Origin: Octopus bimaculoides | Taxonomy: Eukaryota | DNA: 64,000 nucleotides | Direction: 5' to 3' | NCBI RefSeq assembly: GCF_001194135.2 | Contig: NC_068981.1 | Span: 158,289,423 to 158,353,422, forward strand | Part shown: positions 38,594 to 52,046 of the stretch, piece by piece | Numbering within the stretch: the first letter of the stretch is position 1 | Layout of the letters: each line of letters opens with the position of its first letter | Position numbers and translations under genes: made by a program | The notes under the pieces: model-generated | What the model was told of the DNA's origin: nothing | Database searches by the model: none | The model's input: only the letters and a program-made list of their open reading frames with translations

Positions 38594-39696
38594 CTGCAAT
38601 TAGAAGAAAGAATACAAATAGGTACAAATATGAATACATGCTAATTTATTTAATTAATAGTGGGGTGGTATATTATTATTATTTTTTTTTTCTGTGCTGA
38701 AGTAAAGGTTTATTAATTATTTTTTGTTTGAAAATTTTAAAAGAAGTTATATTGGATTAATAGTGTTATTAATACAATGTGATGATAGGTGAAGTGGAGG
38801 TAGATAAGTTACGATGCAATGAGCCATTATCCCCAACATGTATGCAAGCAATGTGCTTGAAGGTTGACAGTTGGACAATGAATGGCCAAGTAATGCAAAT
38901 AAAAGAAGTTCACAGTAGAGAAAGATAGAAATACCAAAAGCTGGTTTCAGGATGTTGGGCCTCATGAAGGAAATGATAACAGACTGCAAAGATGGTAAGT
39001 TGCTGTACTGGGGAAGACCCATCATATCTGTGCTAACATTGAAAAATAAATGTGAAATAATCCTTTCTATGATAGGCTCAAAGCCTGAAATTTTGGGAAA
39101 GGGGTGGGACTAATCAATTATATTAGCCACAGTACTTAATTGGTACTTATTTTATCAACTCCAAAAGGATGAAAGGCAAAGTTGACCCCAATAGAATTTG
39201 AACTTAGGGTAAAGACGCTAAGCATTTCCCCCTGGTGCACTAACGATTCTGTCAGCTTACTGCCTTATGATGAGGATACACACTGCCATGGTAGGTGGTA
39301 GTTTGAGTAGATGCAGCTAAGACATAAATGTATGTGATGACATTTGGTTCCAATCATCATGTTTCTAAATTTGATTTCTAACAGGATTGCTTTTGTTTTT
39401 CATGCTATGAGACAACTGGAAATACATTAGAATAATAAACTAAGTAATATCAATCAAGTATTTCCTTTCTCATTATAAAGAGGAGCTCAGGCACTTCAGA
39501 AAGATATCATGATATAACTACCCAATTTTCAGGTATAGGTGCAGGAATGGTTAAGAAGTTTGCTCCCCAACCACATGGTTTTGAGTTCAGTTCTACTGCA
39601 TGGCACTTAAGCAAGTATCTGTGACTATAGTCCTGGCTGACGAAAGCTGTTTGAGTGAATTTGGCAGATGGAAACTGAAAGATGCCCATTGTGTAT

Positions 39697-40230
39697 GTAT
39701 ACCTTTTTGCACCACTCTAGTCTCTTGGCCTTCATTAGTTCTGCCAGCACGTGTCTCAGTGTAGGACTTGAGGCTCAAGATATCATTCACAATTGTTTTG
39801 AGGTCTTGGGGTCCACCTCAAGTTCAGAAGCCAGCTTCCTCATGGATGTGGTTGGGGTCCATTGAAATTTTGGACTTGAGAGTTTTCATGAAATCTTGAT
39901 TCCGCTTCTTGCTGGATCCATGGGAAACAACATTCAGAGGAAGTCTGAATGTTGTTTCCCATGTCCATTCTCTTCTTGACATTATAAACTGTGCTTGCGA
40001 TCTGCTTCAGATCAACTTGTGCACGAACCAAATCACATACTCTTTGGCGTTTGTCTTCCTGTGCAGTCATATTCTCCAATATTTTTGCAAAAAAAGTGTT
40101 TATTACTAGCTGATAATGTATTCTTTGTTCAGCATTAGGTTTCATATCATTTGGTGTAGTGGTTACTGTGAAATATTCGTGCAACTTTTAATGCAAGTTT
40201 TTGCTTCCCCATTCTGTTTGTTTGTCTGTA
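39697..40230 (-). mobile_element. N-terminal fragment of a second DD37D-like Tc1/mariner transposase
   Basis: MTAQEDKRQRVCDL...STVYNVKKRM, SMRKLASELEVDPKT and LSLKSYT...MKAKRLEWCKKV across frameshifts. Confidence 0.75.
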
Positions 40231-40316
40231 TGTATGTATGTATGTATGTATGTATGTATGTATGTATGTATGTATGTATGTANNNNNNNNNNTGTATGCA
40301 TGTATGTATATATGTA

Positions 40317-40362
<46 letters not shown>
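40225..40362. repeat. Compound microsatellite (TATG)n/(TG)n/(TA)n, representative of dozens in the window
   Basis: Read directly. Others include (TA)n 1515-1552, 3790-3828 and 56560-56600; (GA)n 21655-21690 and 43399-43425; (GAT)n 36310-36355. Confidence 0.95.
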
Positions 40363-40365
<3 letters not shown>

Positions 40366-40399
40366 TCAGTAAATCATAAATCAAAAAAAAGAAGCATAC

Positions 40400-42811
40400 T
40401 CTAAGTTACAGAGCAGTAGAATATTTGTTGTAAGTGATGAATACAAGTTTTAAAAGTCTTAGGAAAACATTGCATAAAACAAAAAATGAGGAACTTAATC
40501 CTGTATTGATGGTGTGGATTTATTAATATATGCCACTTAATGAACTGATTATCATGAAACAAAAATCTATCATAACCAACTATCATGAAAGGGATTGTGA
40601 AAATTAACAAGTGTAGTAACAAAAACTTAAGGAAATACAAAGTATTAAATATCTAAAGATTTGTAGTAAAAAGGCAATTGTGAAATTTGTGAATGAGTTT
40701 GCAAAGATCATTGTATAAAGCTGAATACCACTGAGCATTATTGCCCCAAGAAAACATCCTCTACAGCAGTTGAGTTACAGATACCACAGAAAGATTACTT
40801 GTGCTGGGATGTGTTAATGCAGCAGGCACCTTTAAGTGTAAAGTTGCTGTGGTCTTCAAAAGCCTACATCCTCACTGTTTTAAAAGTGTTAATATGTTAT
40901 CAATACAATATTATACTAACAAAAGCACATGGATCACAAAAGACATTTTTTTCTGCTTGATTTAACAAACACCTCATGCTCGTAACAGAGAATAAGGTGA
41001 GGATGCCAAGTGCAATATTTCATTATTCCTAGAACATTATTCTGTCTCTTTCTTGTCAAGCATCTGGCAAAAATAATGTTTATGCACTGCACTTAATCAC
41101 AAAGTGATGTCATTTATTTAAGCAATAAACAAAGGATCCTTAGATCACTGAAAACTAAATATAAAGACACGTTCTTGAACAGTATATTGGAGCAGTGAAT
41201 AGAGGTGTGGATGTGATAAATATCCAAAAAGAAATTACTGAGAATGATGCTATATGTGCAATGGCAAATGCACGGGATTGAATAACTGAAGACATTCTTA
41301 AGCAAGTCTGATATACTCTCTAGTCTACCACTAATCACAGTGACAATGTTAGATCTCCTTACTTCTGCAGAAAGTATACTGTCAGAATCCATCAACAAGC
41401 AGAAGGAAGTGGATATTGAACCAGTTTTTAATATAAATAATGATACTAAAGAGGCGAGCTGGCAGAATCATTACCGTGCCAGACAAAATGCTTAGCATTT
41501 CTTCTGAATTTATGTTCTAAGTTCAACTGTTGCCAGGGTCAACTTTGCCTTTCGTCCTTTCAGAGTCAATAAAATAAGAAGCAGTTGAGAACTGGGGTTG
41601 ATGTAATTGACTTAACCCACCCCACTTGAAACTGCTGGCCCTGTGTCAAAGTTTGAAACCAATATAATTAATGAAACTATGGCACCAAGCTGGTAGAATC
41701 ATTAGCATACCAGGGAAAATGCTTAGCAACATTCTATTTGTTTTTATGTTCTGTGTTTGAATTCCACTGATGTTGAAGTAACAGATTTACTCCCACCCCA
41801 AAATTTGAAACTAATATTAAAAATGACACTCCAGTTGTTCAAACTGTGACCAATGATGAAAGAAGTTTGTAAGCAATAATCTTCTTCATCAATGAATATG
41901 ACACGAAGAAAACAATGGAAAAGTTGCTCGTAGATAACATGGTGAAAATATGTAATGAACTTATTGAAGTACTAGAGCAGCAAGAATTTGTTACAGAAAA
42001 AAATCACGACAGTGAATAAGATAAAAGAGAAACTGCTATGAAAGAAATCTTTGTTAGAGATGTAGATGTCAGCCGAAGGTTCATCATAAAAAGCCATCAA
42101 ACACAGTGCTACCGCATACTTAGAGTATCTGTTTCCAGTTTTCTCAACCACCTCTGATTTTCATTCTTGGTACATAGAAAATATTATTTTTACACGAAAT
42201 CAGAATTCTAGCTTGACTTAAATGCAATCCATGTGTGTAACAAGACTACTGGTAGTGCAATCATTGCACAACAAAAGAAAAAACTTTTTACCAGTTTTCA
42301 CTGCATTTTCATGTAAACAAGTTCCATACTTGTACATAACATAACCTGTCATTCAAAATACATCGTAGGAGGAGACAAAAGGCTCATTGAGCTTTCTCAC
42401 AATGATGCCATCCCCTCTGACTTAAGGTTACTATGCATGATTTGGCTATAAAGTTTGGTGCTGCATTTATCTTTAATTTATAAGCAGTAATCATAATCTT
42501 TTTCTGGTACAGAGGGAGTAAATACTATACAAAGCGTTGCTTTTATGAAACCTGTATTTCAAATCTACATATAAATCCATGTGAACCAAACATGACCAGC
42601 GTCGTTACCTGCAAAATGTCTATCTAATATCATTAGAAATTTTATTAATTTCCTAAAAAGTATATAAAAACTTTCACGGTATATGGGCTGGAGTCCCGTC
42701 ACCAAGCTGTTCCGTTTTAAATATTTAAAAACAAACCACTTCGAAATCTGATAATATCTGAAATCCTGAAAACCAAGTTCCAAGCATTTCGGATGCAGGA
42801 TTCTCAACTTA
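40400..42811 (+). mobile_element. Tigger/pogo (jerky-like, CENP-B HTH + DDE_1) transposon, decayed, SINEs nested at 41450-41830
   Basis: Remnants RKTLHKTKNEEL, IKYLKIC and ERLLVLGCVNAAGTFKCKVAVVFKSLHPHCFK...YYTNK.TWITKDIF. The right end ...AAGCATTTCGGATGCAGGATTCTCAACTT|TA resembles Tigger/MER2-type TIRs as I recall them. Confidence 0.85.
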
Positions 42812-42994
42812 TATCTATGCGATTTCTTTTATGTGATTTTATAGCAGACTGGAAATGTAAGGGAGGTAAATCTAGTCGCACTATTTTTTTTAATGGCTGA
42901 AGAAAATGCAAGGGAAATAAATCTATCCAAACTTATTTTACAGTCCATTTCGAGCATATTTACAGAATTGTCCTGTAAATATACTAGAAAGCTA

Positions 42995-43395
42995 CAGGGT
43001 GTTCAAACTAAATTTTACGATTTTTTATATCTCCCTTTTCAGGAACAGCTTGATGTATTCGTTAACAGCGTTGGAGGGCATAAAGATTAAAATTATAGTT
43101 GAGAAAAAGTTAGCTGACATGGAGGACTGGAAGCCATCTGAAAACTGGAAAAAGAGTTACCTGTATCATGATGATTATACCGGGAATCAAAATGCCGACA
43201 TCATAACTTCTGTTCAATGCTATGCGAACACTGTAAAGGCTGGAAAGTGTGATATGGACTGCTCCAACAGAGGCTACGAAGACGTGGCCAGCAGAAAGAG
43301 ACACAACAGGCGTTTTGACTGTTTCCACATGCCAGAATTCATCCAATAACTGCAGGGCAATGTGATGGAAGATCCAAGCAAGGGAATCCAGGCTT

Positions 43396-43433
<38 letters not shown>

Positions 43434-43919
43434 TGGGTGTAGGAGTCGCTACCATGACGCTGGCCTTGGATGTGGGCCTTCGCTACCACTCGTACAAGAG
43501 GGCCATATGTGTAGCAGCAGGATTTCACAGAAGTGGGTGTCGGAGAATTTTTATGACTTTACCAGCCCTCAGTTCTGGCCTCCTAATTTCCTCGATTGTA
43601 TCCCATGGATTACTGTGTAAGGGAGCACAGTTGTGAAAGACACCAATCGTTCCACCTGCAACACCAAGGCTGATCTGGTGGCCAAGATCAGGGAGGTGTT
43701 TGAAGATCTTCCCAGGGACACAAGGAGGAACGCACACACCAGGTTCCAGAGCTGTCTGACTACTGTGGTAGAAGCGGAGTAAGGCCACTTTGAGCAAACT
43801 GTGATTTTCTACCATAATTTGGTTGATATTTTTCAGTTTCGTAAAATACTTTTATTTTTAGATGAGATATTGTTTTCTTTTCCTTTATGTAAACTGTCAA
43901 ATTTAGCCCGAACACCTTG
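42995..43919 (+). mobile_element. Internally deleted Tc1/mariner element of DD37D(maT)-like type
   Basis: Left TIR TA|CAGGGTGTTCAAACTAAATTTTAC pairs imperfectly with right ...GTCAAATTTAGCCCGAACACCTTG. N-terminal HTH remnant MEDWKPSENWK...PEF...MEDPSKGIQAL...LRYHSYK. C-terminal remnant FWPPNFLDCIPMDY (WPP.SPDLNP.DY type)...EAE*GHFE. Confidence 0.85.
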
Positions 43920-44728
43920 CATAGTCATCACAGAAAGCTTTAATAAAAATACTACTGTCAGTGGAAGTTAAACGAAGCCCCGAGGTTGAATTGATAAAGT
44001 TTTGTAAGAAGTGTATGGCTCACAGATCCAGAGGCCAAGCCTCAAGGAAAAGTACATGCGCCAACAGAAAAATTGATTATATGAAGCCCCCAGTGAGAAA
44101 TGAACTCATAACTGAAAAATACCTGTCAATTTTATTGTGGTTAGTTCATTGAACTTTTGGCCATTAAGTGCTTTGACTACAGAAATAATGCAGTTCCAGT
44201 AACATTGGGGCTTCAGTACCTTGTATTTGTTCAGTTTTGTTTTATCATTTTTTTTTTTTTTTACATAATCAGATGTACGCATTCATATGTAAATATCTAT
44301 GAATATCAGTTACTACGCATTACGAAATGAAGAAAAAAAAATACAAGGGAGACAAATCTAGGAGGATTAATTTTTTTTTTCCACCTTTAAATGTAAATAC
44401 AGGTCCGCATGAACACTTTCCAGGCATGGAAACAAAACTCCCCAAAATTTTCAGCCCAAGGTGGTGAACTATTTTTGTATTTTTTTTCTTCTTCTCGCTA
44501 TTATGTATATATTTAAGCATAAATAAAACTGCCCTGAGTATTGTTGAAATATATAAATATATATAAAAAAAACTACAACTACAAAGAACAGAATATAGCA
44601 GACTTATATGATCATTATAGGCTATACAGAAAGCACACTGTTGAGTATCTTCACAACAAAACAAAACTGAACAATATGAAGGCCATATGGAGACAGTTTG
44701 CTGCTGTTCCAAACTCTGTCAACTACTA

Positions 44729-44930
44729 ACGGCGGTGACTTGGCAGAATCGTTAGCACGCCGGGCAAAACTTTAAGCGGCATTTTGTCCATCTCCACGCT
44801 CTGAATTCAAATTCCGCCGAGGTTGACTTAGCCTTTCATCCTTTCAGGCCGATGAAATAAGTACGGGGTCGATGTAATCGACTGTCCCTCTCCCCCCAAA
44901 TGGCCTTGTGCTTATAATAGAAAGGATTAT
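44729..44930 (+). mobile_element. SINE family B
   Basis: Full head/core, tail ...aatagaaaggattat. Other copies at 10570-10675(+), 11740-11920(-), 34150-34320(-), 38260-38420(+), 39040-39270(-) and 41450-41830 (two, +). Confidence 0.88.
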
Positions 44931-44952
44931 GTAGAAATCATCCCCAAACAAT

Positions 44953-45754
44953 AGGGCTTTCCTATAAGTAGGTTATCTCCCTTGGCTAGGCGGCGCTCCA
45001 TGTAGATAATTAAACTTCCGGAGGCTACCCACGCCATTGTTATTGTTTTACGTCTTATCATGGATATAAAGCAGCTTGATGATTCAGCTATCGAAGTACT
45101 TACTGTGCCTGAGTTAAAGAAATATTTAAGATTATATGGACAGTATGTTACTGGAAGAAAGGCGGACTTGACTGAAAGGTTGAAAGGAATAAAAATTCTG
45201 TCGATGAAGAATGTCAACAAAGTAAATTCATCGGACGATANNNNNNNNNNNNNNNNNNNNNNNNNNNNNNNNNNNNNNNNNNNNNNNNNNNNNNNNNNNN
45301 NNNNNNNNNNNNNNNNNNNNNNNNNNNNNNNNNNNNNNNNNNNNNNNNNNNNNNNNNNNNNNNNNNNNNNNNNNNNNNNNNNNNNNNNNNNNNNNNNNNN
45401 NNNNNNNNNNNNNNNNNNNNNNNNNNNNNNNNNNNNNNNNNNNNNNNNNNNNNNNNNNNNNNNNNNNNNNNNNNNNNNNNNNNNTTTTACCACGACAGAC
45501 ACGTACACAGCATCGAATACAACGATGTGAGTGAAAGCTGCTCTCACTGTATTGTCCGGTGTCTGGTAATCCCTTCGATACCGACATCAAACCAAAAAAA
45601 GAATAGTGACCACAGAGTGTGGGTAATTATGTCAAATGTCACTGGCAATGTGCATTCAGCTGATTGCAACTGTTAAAGCAAGTCACTGAGCATGCGTACA
45701 TGTCATACGGGAGAGTTCCAATCAGGGGTGGATAACACCTTATAGGAAAGCCCT
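44953..45754 (+). mobile_element. Short TIR element with AT TSD carrying a SAP domain and the start of a SWIM finger (ISL2EU-like, deleted)
   Basis: TIRs AGGGCTTTCCTATAAG...TTATC at both ends, AT|...|AT flanks. ORF from 45060 contains LTVPELKKYLRLYGQYVTGRKADLTERLK (SAP). The frame 45485-45676 ends ...HRVWVIMSNVTGNVHSADCNC*. Confidence 0.8.
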
Positions 45755-46819
45755 ATAATCAATGAAGAAACCTTTACGAGGTTGTTCGGATTGCTAGAAA
45801 TAGCAGTCAAATCTCTTTCCAATTACAACCTCCCATCTTTAAAAAAGGACACACTGGATAAAGTAGTCTGGGGTATATTGTGTTTGAATAAAAGATGGAA
45901 TGGTCATAGCTGGAGTGGCTTTGATTATAGGCCTGCTCAATAAAAGCTGATTCTAGGAAATGAAGAACATTAATGCCAAACCACATCCTAAAAACATTAT
46001 TTTAGCCATCACTCAGTCCAAGACAGAAAACAAAGTTACACACAAAAATAGCAGCAGCCTCAATAAAGTCAGAAACTCCAAGTGTCTTTGCTAGGTTATA
46101 AACCACCAGAGACAACAGCAAATGTCAGGCTTCAAGTAAATACAACTTGCCCACCTTCACTGTGGCGACCTGCCAATTCTACAGGTGTACAGGAAGACTG
46201 AATAGAAGAAGACACAAAAAAAGTCATATAACCAAACTGCAATGTTGTACCCATACAATTAAACCATTGTATGTTGGAATGTGATTTTCCCCCTTTTTCC
46301 TTTTTTCAAATTGTTTTAGACATCACAGCTAAGGGCATGCTGGAGCACAACTTTAGTGTGTTCTCTCAGCAAAATGAAAGTATATCTGAAACAGGATTTG
46401 TGAAGCAATACCTAGTTGTTTGAGTGATTACCTATTTGTTGTAAGCTTGCTCAATAAGGTTTGAAGGTGAGATACTATTAGAATGACGACAGAGATATAG
46501 GATTAAAGATGTCTAAGTGTAGTTTAGAGAGAGAGTCCAGTATATGACTGGTACTCTGACTATTTCTCTTGAAATTGGTCACACTGAGTTGTGAGAAAGG
46601 GTGAATGGAAGAGTTAGCAACCTCTTCCCATAGAAAATTAATATGTTACTGGAACCATCCAAAGATAGAGTGATGTACAGAACAGCACAGCATCATTATT
46701 GTACATAGATGCTAACATACAGATACATACACACAAACACATAGCTGTGTGGTTAAGAAGCTTGCTTCCTAATCATGTGGTCATGGGTTCAATCCCACTG
46801 TGCAGCACCTTGGGCAAAT

Positions 46820-47550
46820 GTCTTTTACCTATTGCTCCAAGCCATCAAGGCTCATTCCTTGGTCCGCTTCTATTTATCACAATCTTACAGGCCATCCACA
46901 CAGGAGTTTGACTGGTTGTCCATGGGAAACTTCAGTAGGCTAGTTCTCATAAGTAAATCTATAGTAGAACTAGGGAAGAAATTCCAGGCATGGAAACAAA
47001 ACTTAGAATAAATAACCTTAATGAAAACTTAGTAGCAACTAAGGTGTTTGTATCAGTAGGATAGAAGACAGGTTGTCAATGGTCTTGCTTGATATTCAGA
47101 AAAGGAGTTGATAGGAATTCTATATGCTGTACCCAATATAAGCTATGGAGACAAGAGGTGTACTGGAACCATAAATAGGCTAATAGAGAAGACAAGCTCT
47201 TGCATGTAGCAGATGCACTGAAGCATACAAACTAAGAGTACATCAGAAGCAAGTCCTCTTAACTGTTGACTGACTAACTAGAAGTAGTTGTTAGCTTCAG
47301 TTATCTAGGTGACAAAATAAGTAGGGAAGGTGGTGGTTCAGCAGAAAGAAGAGTGACAGGTTGGGAAAAATTCAGGAAGTTATTACTTCTGATCGTAACA
47401 AAAGTTCATCCCTGTCATGGGGAAGGATGGATTGTATGATGCTTATGTAAGAACTGTGATGCATGGTAGTGAGACATGGGCCTTGAAGGTAGAAGACTAA
47501 CAAGGACTAGAAAGAAATGGGACAAGCATGCTCTGATGGATGTATATAAT
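46820..47550 (+). mobile_element. Highly decayed RTE family 1 fragment
   Basis: Recognisable remnants of HQGSFLGPLLFITILQAI, EVV.SFSYLGD and ETW.L. Confidence 0.7.
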
Positions 47551-47862
47551 AATAGTGCGCATGAACCAAACTACATCTCTTCGTTATGCACTGTGTTTGT
47601 TTCTCCCGCCAACTCTTGTAGCCCAACACCACTCTGTCATCTTTTTCTCCTGTCCTTCTTGCTACCAACTGTATCATTGCTATCCTGTCACTCCCATATA
47701 TAATCGTGCTCCACCACTCACTGCATCCCTCTTTTCCTTCTCCTCTCTCCCTTTGCACTCTTGTGAACTTCTGGCTCATACACTCTGACAAATCCTCTAC
47801 CACTACATTTACATTCCCCTTCTTTGTACCTTGGGAGTATGCCCTGGCTCATCACCACCATT

Positions 47863-47893
<31 letters not shown>

Positions 47894-49609
47894 AACTAGA
47901 GTAACCATGTATCTCCTGTACAAGACATCTGTTTCTGTCCCGCTGTCAAAGTTTAACCTCATCACCTGGCACAAAGCCACCTCTCTCAATATCATTCTCC
48001 CTTTCAGTTGTAGGATCTTTGTCTTGCAAGTTACCTGCTAACCTCGCCAATGTTGGTGCCACATAAAAAGCATCCAGCACACTCTGCAAAAGTGGTTGAT
48101 GTTAAGAAAAGCATACAACCATAGAAACCATGCTGAAGCAGACAGTAGAGCTTGGCACAATCTTCAGGTTTTCCAGCTCCTATCAAATCATCCAATCCAT
48201 GTCAGTACGGAAGGAGGACATTAAATGATGACAATGATGAATGCAGGAGTAAAAATGAGCTGAGAGTAGAAAATTAATGTAAGAGGAATTGGGTGTATGT
48301 ATAGGAGAGAAGGCTGCACTGGAATGGGCATGTGATGCATATGGAGGATTTGACTACTGTATCAGGAAGTGTCAAGTGCTCCAAGTTAATGGTAATTTGG
48401 AAATGAGAGAGAGAGAAAAAATTTGGGATAAAGTGGCAAATGCTGACCTGAAGATACTGCATTTTACAAAGATGACAAAGAACTGCACAGCACTGCAAAA
48501 GACCCAATTATCCATGGCAAAATGTACCTTGACACAAAGATGTCATTTAGAGGCTGAGATGTTTTTATCTTGCTTAGCCTAACTTACTGCTCTTTTCACC
48601 TTGTGTCCTTAAACCTTACACTCTGCCTTTATTTTCCCCGCTCCTCTTTATCATTTAGAGTCCTCCATCTCTCATTTCCCCACCACCTGTGCAGGCAGCA
48701 TCATCCTCATTACTGACTCCTGAGTCCTACGTATAAGAGACTACACAGGCCCACTGTCATCCACCTACACAATACACTCCAACTTTGCTCTTCTGAACTA
48801 TCAGAATTCACTTTTCCACCTCTGGAGCACTTCTTTTACTACACATTACCAACCTTTGCCTCATCACCCTTGTTCCCCTCTGCTATTGCCAACTATTACC
48901 CTACTGATTCCACCCCAAATAACCCTGCCTTTTCCATCGTAGATTTGTTCCTTTCGTTCACTCTTTCTGGTCCTTCTGATGCCATTGTTCTCTTTCTTCC
49001 CAATTCCCCATATGAGCCACCTGAGCAAATGTACACGCCCTAAGTTATTGAGTCCTTTTTACACATAAACACTAACCCCCCACCCCTCGCAACCCCATAT
49101 TTTTAGCCTTTCTGTTGCCATCAGTTTCTCCATACCTTCAACCTTGATCTACATGCCTTAGGTTGCAGAGCACTCTTTACTTTTGCGATGCACAAAGTAA
49201 TCTTCTGTGCTGATGCCTTGAGAGAACCTATCCATCTACAATGTATGTAGAGGGAGTGCTGATACAGTCTCGTATTAGTGCCACAGAAAATGCACATTAA
49301 AGTGGTTGACAACTGAACAGAGAAAGCATATGGCTGTGAGGTACCTTTAGTCTTCTCTTTACTATTACTGCATTGAAAAAAATATGCCCAGTACAGTGTA
49401 TAAAGTGGTTGGCAATAGGAAGGGTGCCCAGCTGTAGAAACTAAGTCAAATGACATGTACAAGTACCAGTCTATGAGAGCAGCAGCTGTCAATAAGAAAT
49501 GAAGACTGTGATGACCTGTTCAACCCATGTCAGCATAGAAAGTGATGTAAAATGATGATGATGATATATCATATTACACACACACACACACACGTATGTT
49601 TATATGGCT

Positions 49610-49895
49610 GTGTGCTTAAGAAGTTCACTTTACAGCCTCATGATTTTGGGTTCAGTCTCACTACGCAGCACCTTGGACAAGTGTCTTCTGCTATAGTGTG
49701 TTTGTCCCCCTCCACATCACCACCTGACAACCAGTGTTGGTTTGCTTACATCCATGAAAACTAGCAGTTCAGCAAAAAAAGACTGATAGAATGAGTGCCA
49801 AACTTAAAAAAATAAGTACTGGAGTCGATCCCCTTGACTAAAACTCTTGAAAGCAGTACCTCAGGATGGTCACAGTCCAATGACTGAAACAAGAT
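49610..49895 (+). mobile_element. SINE family A, internally deleted
   Basis: Head at 49612 and tail ...cagtccaatgactgaaacaag. Confidence 0.8.
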
Positions 49896-50301
49896 ATATA
49901 TATATATATATATATATANNNNNNNNNNNNNNNNNNNNNNNNNNNNNNNNNNNNNNNNNNNNNNNNNNNNNNNNNNNNNNNNNNNNNNNNNNNNNNNNNN
50001 NNNNNNNNNNNNNNNAGTGGTGACAACAAAACCATGATTAATTTTTATATTTTGTATCTTTTCATTTGTCTTGCTCGCTTACGTTCTGGTGTTTGCTGAA
50101 TTTTCTTGAGAACAATCTTTTCTTAGTGGTCAGACCATAGGTGGTCTGACTTCTCGAAAATGGATGTCCACTTAGTGGTCATCCCTCTTATATGTATGTA
50201 GTATAATTTTTCTGAATCTTCAGATTTTTGCAATTTGCTAGACCACTGGTTTTAAATTGATATTAATCAAATTAATATTCAATTTTTCACCCTTATTATT
50301 T

Positions 50302-50356
<55 letters not shown>

Positions 50357-50776
50357 ATACCAGAACTTTTACCCACAGCATGTATCTTTGGTGGAGATTT
50401 CATTTCACATTTTCGCTGTTTATTTACAAACAGGCAATCTGGATATTCTGTAAACAGAAGAGAAGAATTATTAAAGCTGGTATTATCTTTTTATGCTTTA
50501 GTTCTATTTTTCCACAGCGACATAATTACTAAGCTTGTTTGAACGTACACACACTGTGAGAGCAAAATATTTTATGGCTAGATTACTGTTAACCGTTCAA
50601 CCATAACAAGAGTGGAACTCAGGTTGGAAGGCTTTTTGCTTTATTAGTTAGTTATTTAGCCCCAGGTCAGTCCTGGTCTAGCAGACCTGTGATCAAAGGC
50701 ATTTAAACAGTAACCATCTTGCCTTTTTATGTATAAATATGTACATTGTTCAATGTGTCCAATAATTTTTTCTTAA

Positions 50777-50998
50777 CCCTTTCATATTCAAATTACTGTT
50801 TCAAACATAATGCTTATGTATTCACATTATTTCAAATTGATCATGTACTATTTCATAGCTGGGAGATTTTAAGTATGTCATTGTTTATTTTTAAATATTA
50901 CTCTGTAGGGTAGGTGTCAAAGGCCAGATATGAATCAGTTTGAAGATAAAACTGGTAGAATATTTTGGCCAGATATGACCAGTTTGAATACTAAAGGG
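50777..50998. mobile_element. piggyBac-like MITE
   Basis: TTAA|CCCTTT ... AAAGGG|TTAA. It splits a copy of another interspersed repeat (50650-51260). Confidence 0.85.
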
Positions 50999-52046
50999 TT
51001 AAGTGAGTAGGTATAACTTGAGAGATACATGGCTCCTATTTCTAGTGTCTTGACCAAACTTGTAGAGAGTTGTTGTTTAGTCCCAAGTTATCTCTGATTG
51101 AAGAGAACTATGATCACAGGTATTCCAACCATGACAATCCCATCTCTTATAATTATTCTTGACTACATTATCGAATGTCTTCTTTTATTTAAGATGATAA
51201 GGTATAAGTTGAGGGAGATTTGGCTGCTATTTCTAGCAGGCTGAGTGACTATGTTACAGGCTGATTCATCGTCTTAGTGGTTAGTAGCAAGGAAAGGAAT
51301 TAGTGCCAGCAGCACTTTTAAAGCTGCTTAGAATTGAGGTCAGAGAGATAATTTTGGTTTGGTATTATTGATAATATTGTTTGATGTACAGTCTAAATTT
51401 TTTCCAGGAGGAAAAATATAGGCAAGGACCAATGAAACTTGATAGGGCATTTCAATTTACTAGAAATAGCAACCAAATTCTCCTCAAACAATACCTTACC
51501 ATTAAAAAAATGAAAGAAAAACTTGTTTAATGTATCCTTCGGTACATTAGACAATAATATATGCTGAAGTTAAGATGACATAGTCATGGCTGGAAAGCAA
51601 AACAGCAAAGAGAGAATTCCAGATGAGTGCAGTTCTGAGCAGAGTGGATGTAACAATGAGAAGAGGAGTAGATGGTGTATTACATATATTTAAGTAAGAG
51701 TTACACAAAATCTGGGAGTTCAGAGGAGCAGATACAGCTCTAGTTTCAACAGAAAAGACAGAAAGAGAGAACTTTAAATACAATTGTCCAACCCATGCTA
51801 GCATGGAAAGCGGACGTTAAACGACGATGATGATGATGATGATGAAATCAATGGTATGGATTAAAACAAATCAAGTAAGTATTGATGAACTGAAAGTTAT
51901 ACACATAAAATTCTTAACAGACTGAAATTTCCCTATGACTTGGAGAAAGAAAATAGGAAGTGGAAACTGTGAGAGACTCAAAGAAAAGGGATAATTTTAA
52001 GATACTACATATGTGTGTGCGTGTGTGTGTATGTATACATCTCTCT

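Noticed and set aside
38790-39000. Plus-strand exon with a strong ATG|GTAAGT donor
   Set aside because: No single reading frame stays open from the candidate acceptor to the donor with a recognisable peptide.
50129-50150. 8-bp hairpin GTCAGACC-6nt-GGTCTGAC with nearby GTGGTC repeats
   Set aside because: It is short and probably a MITE subterminal remnant. No matching TIR or TSD was found.
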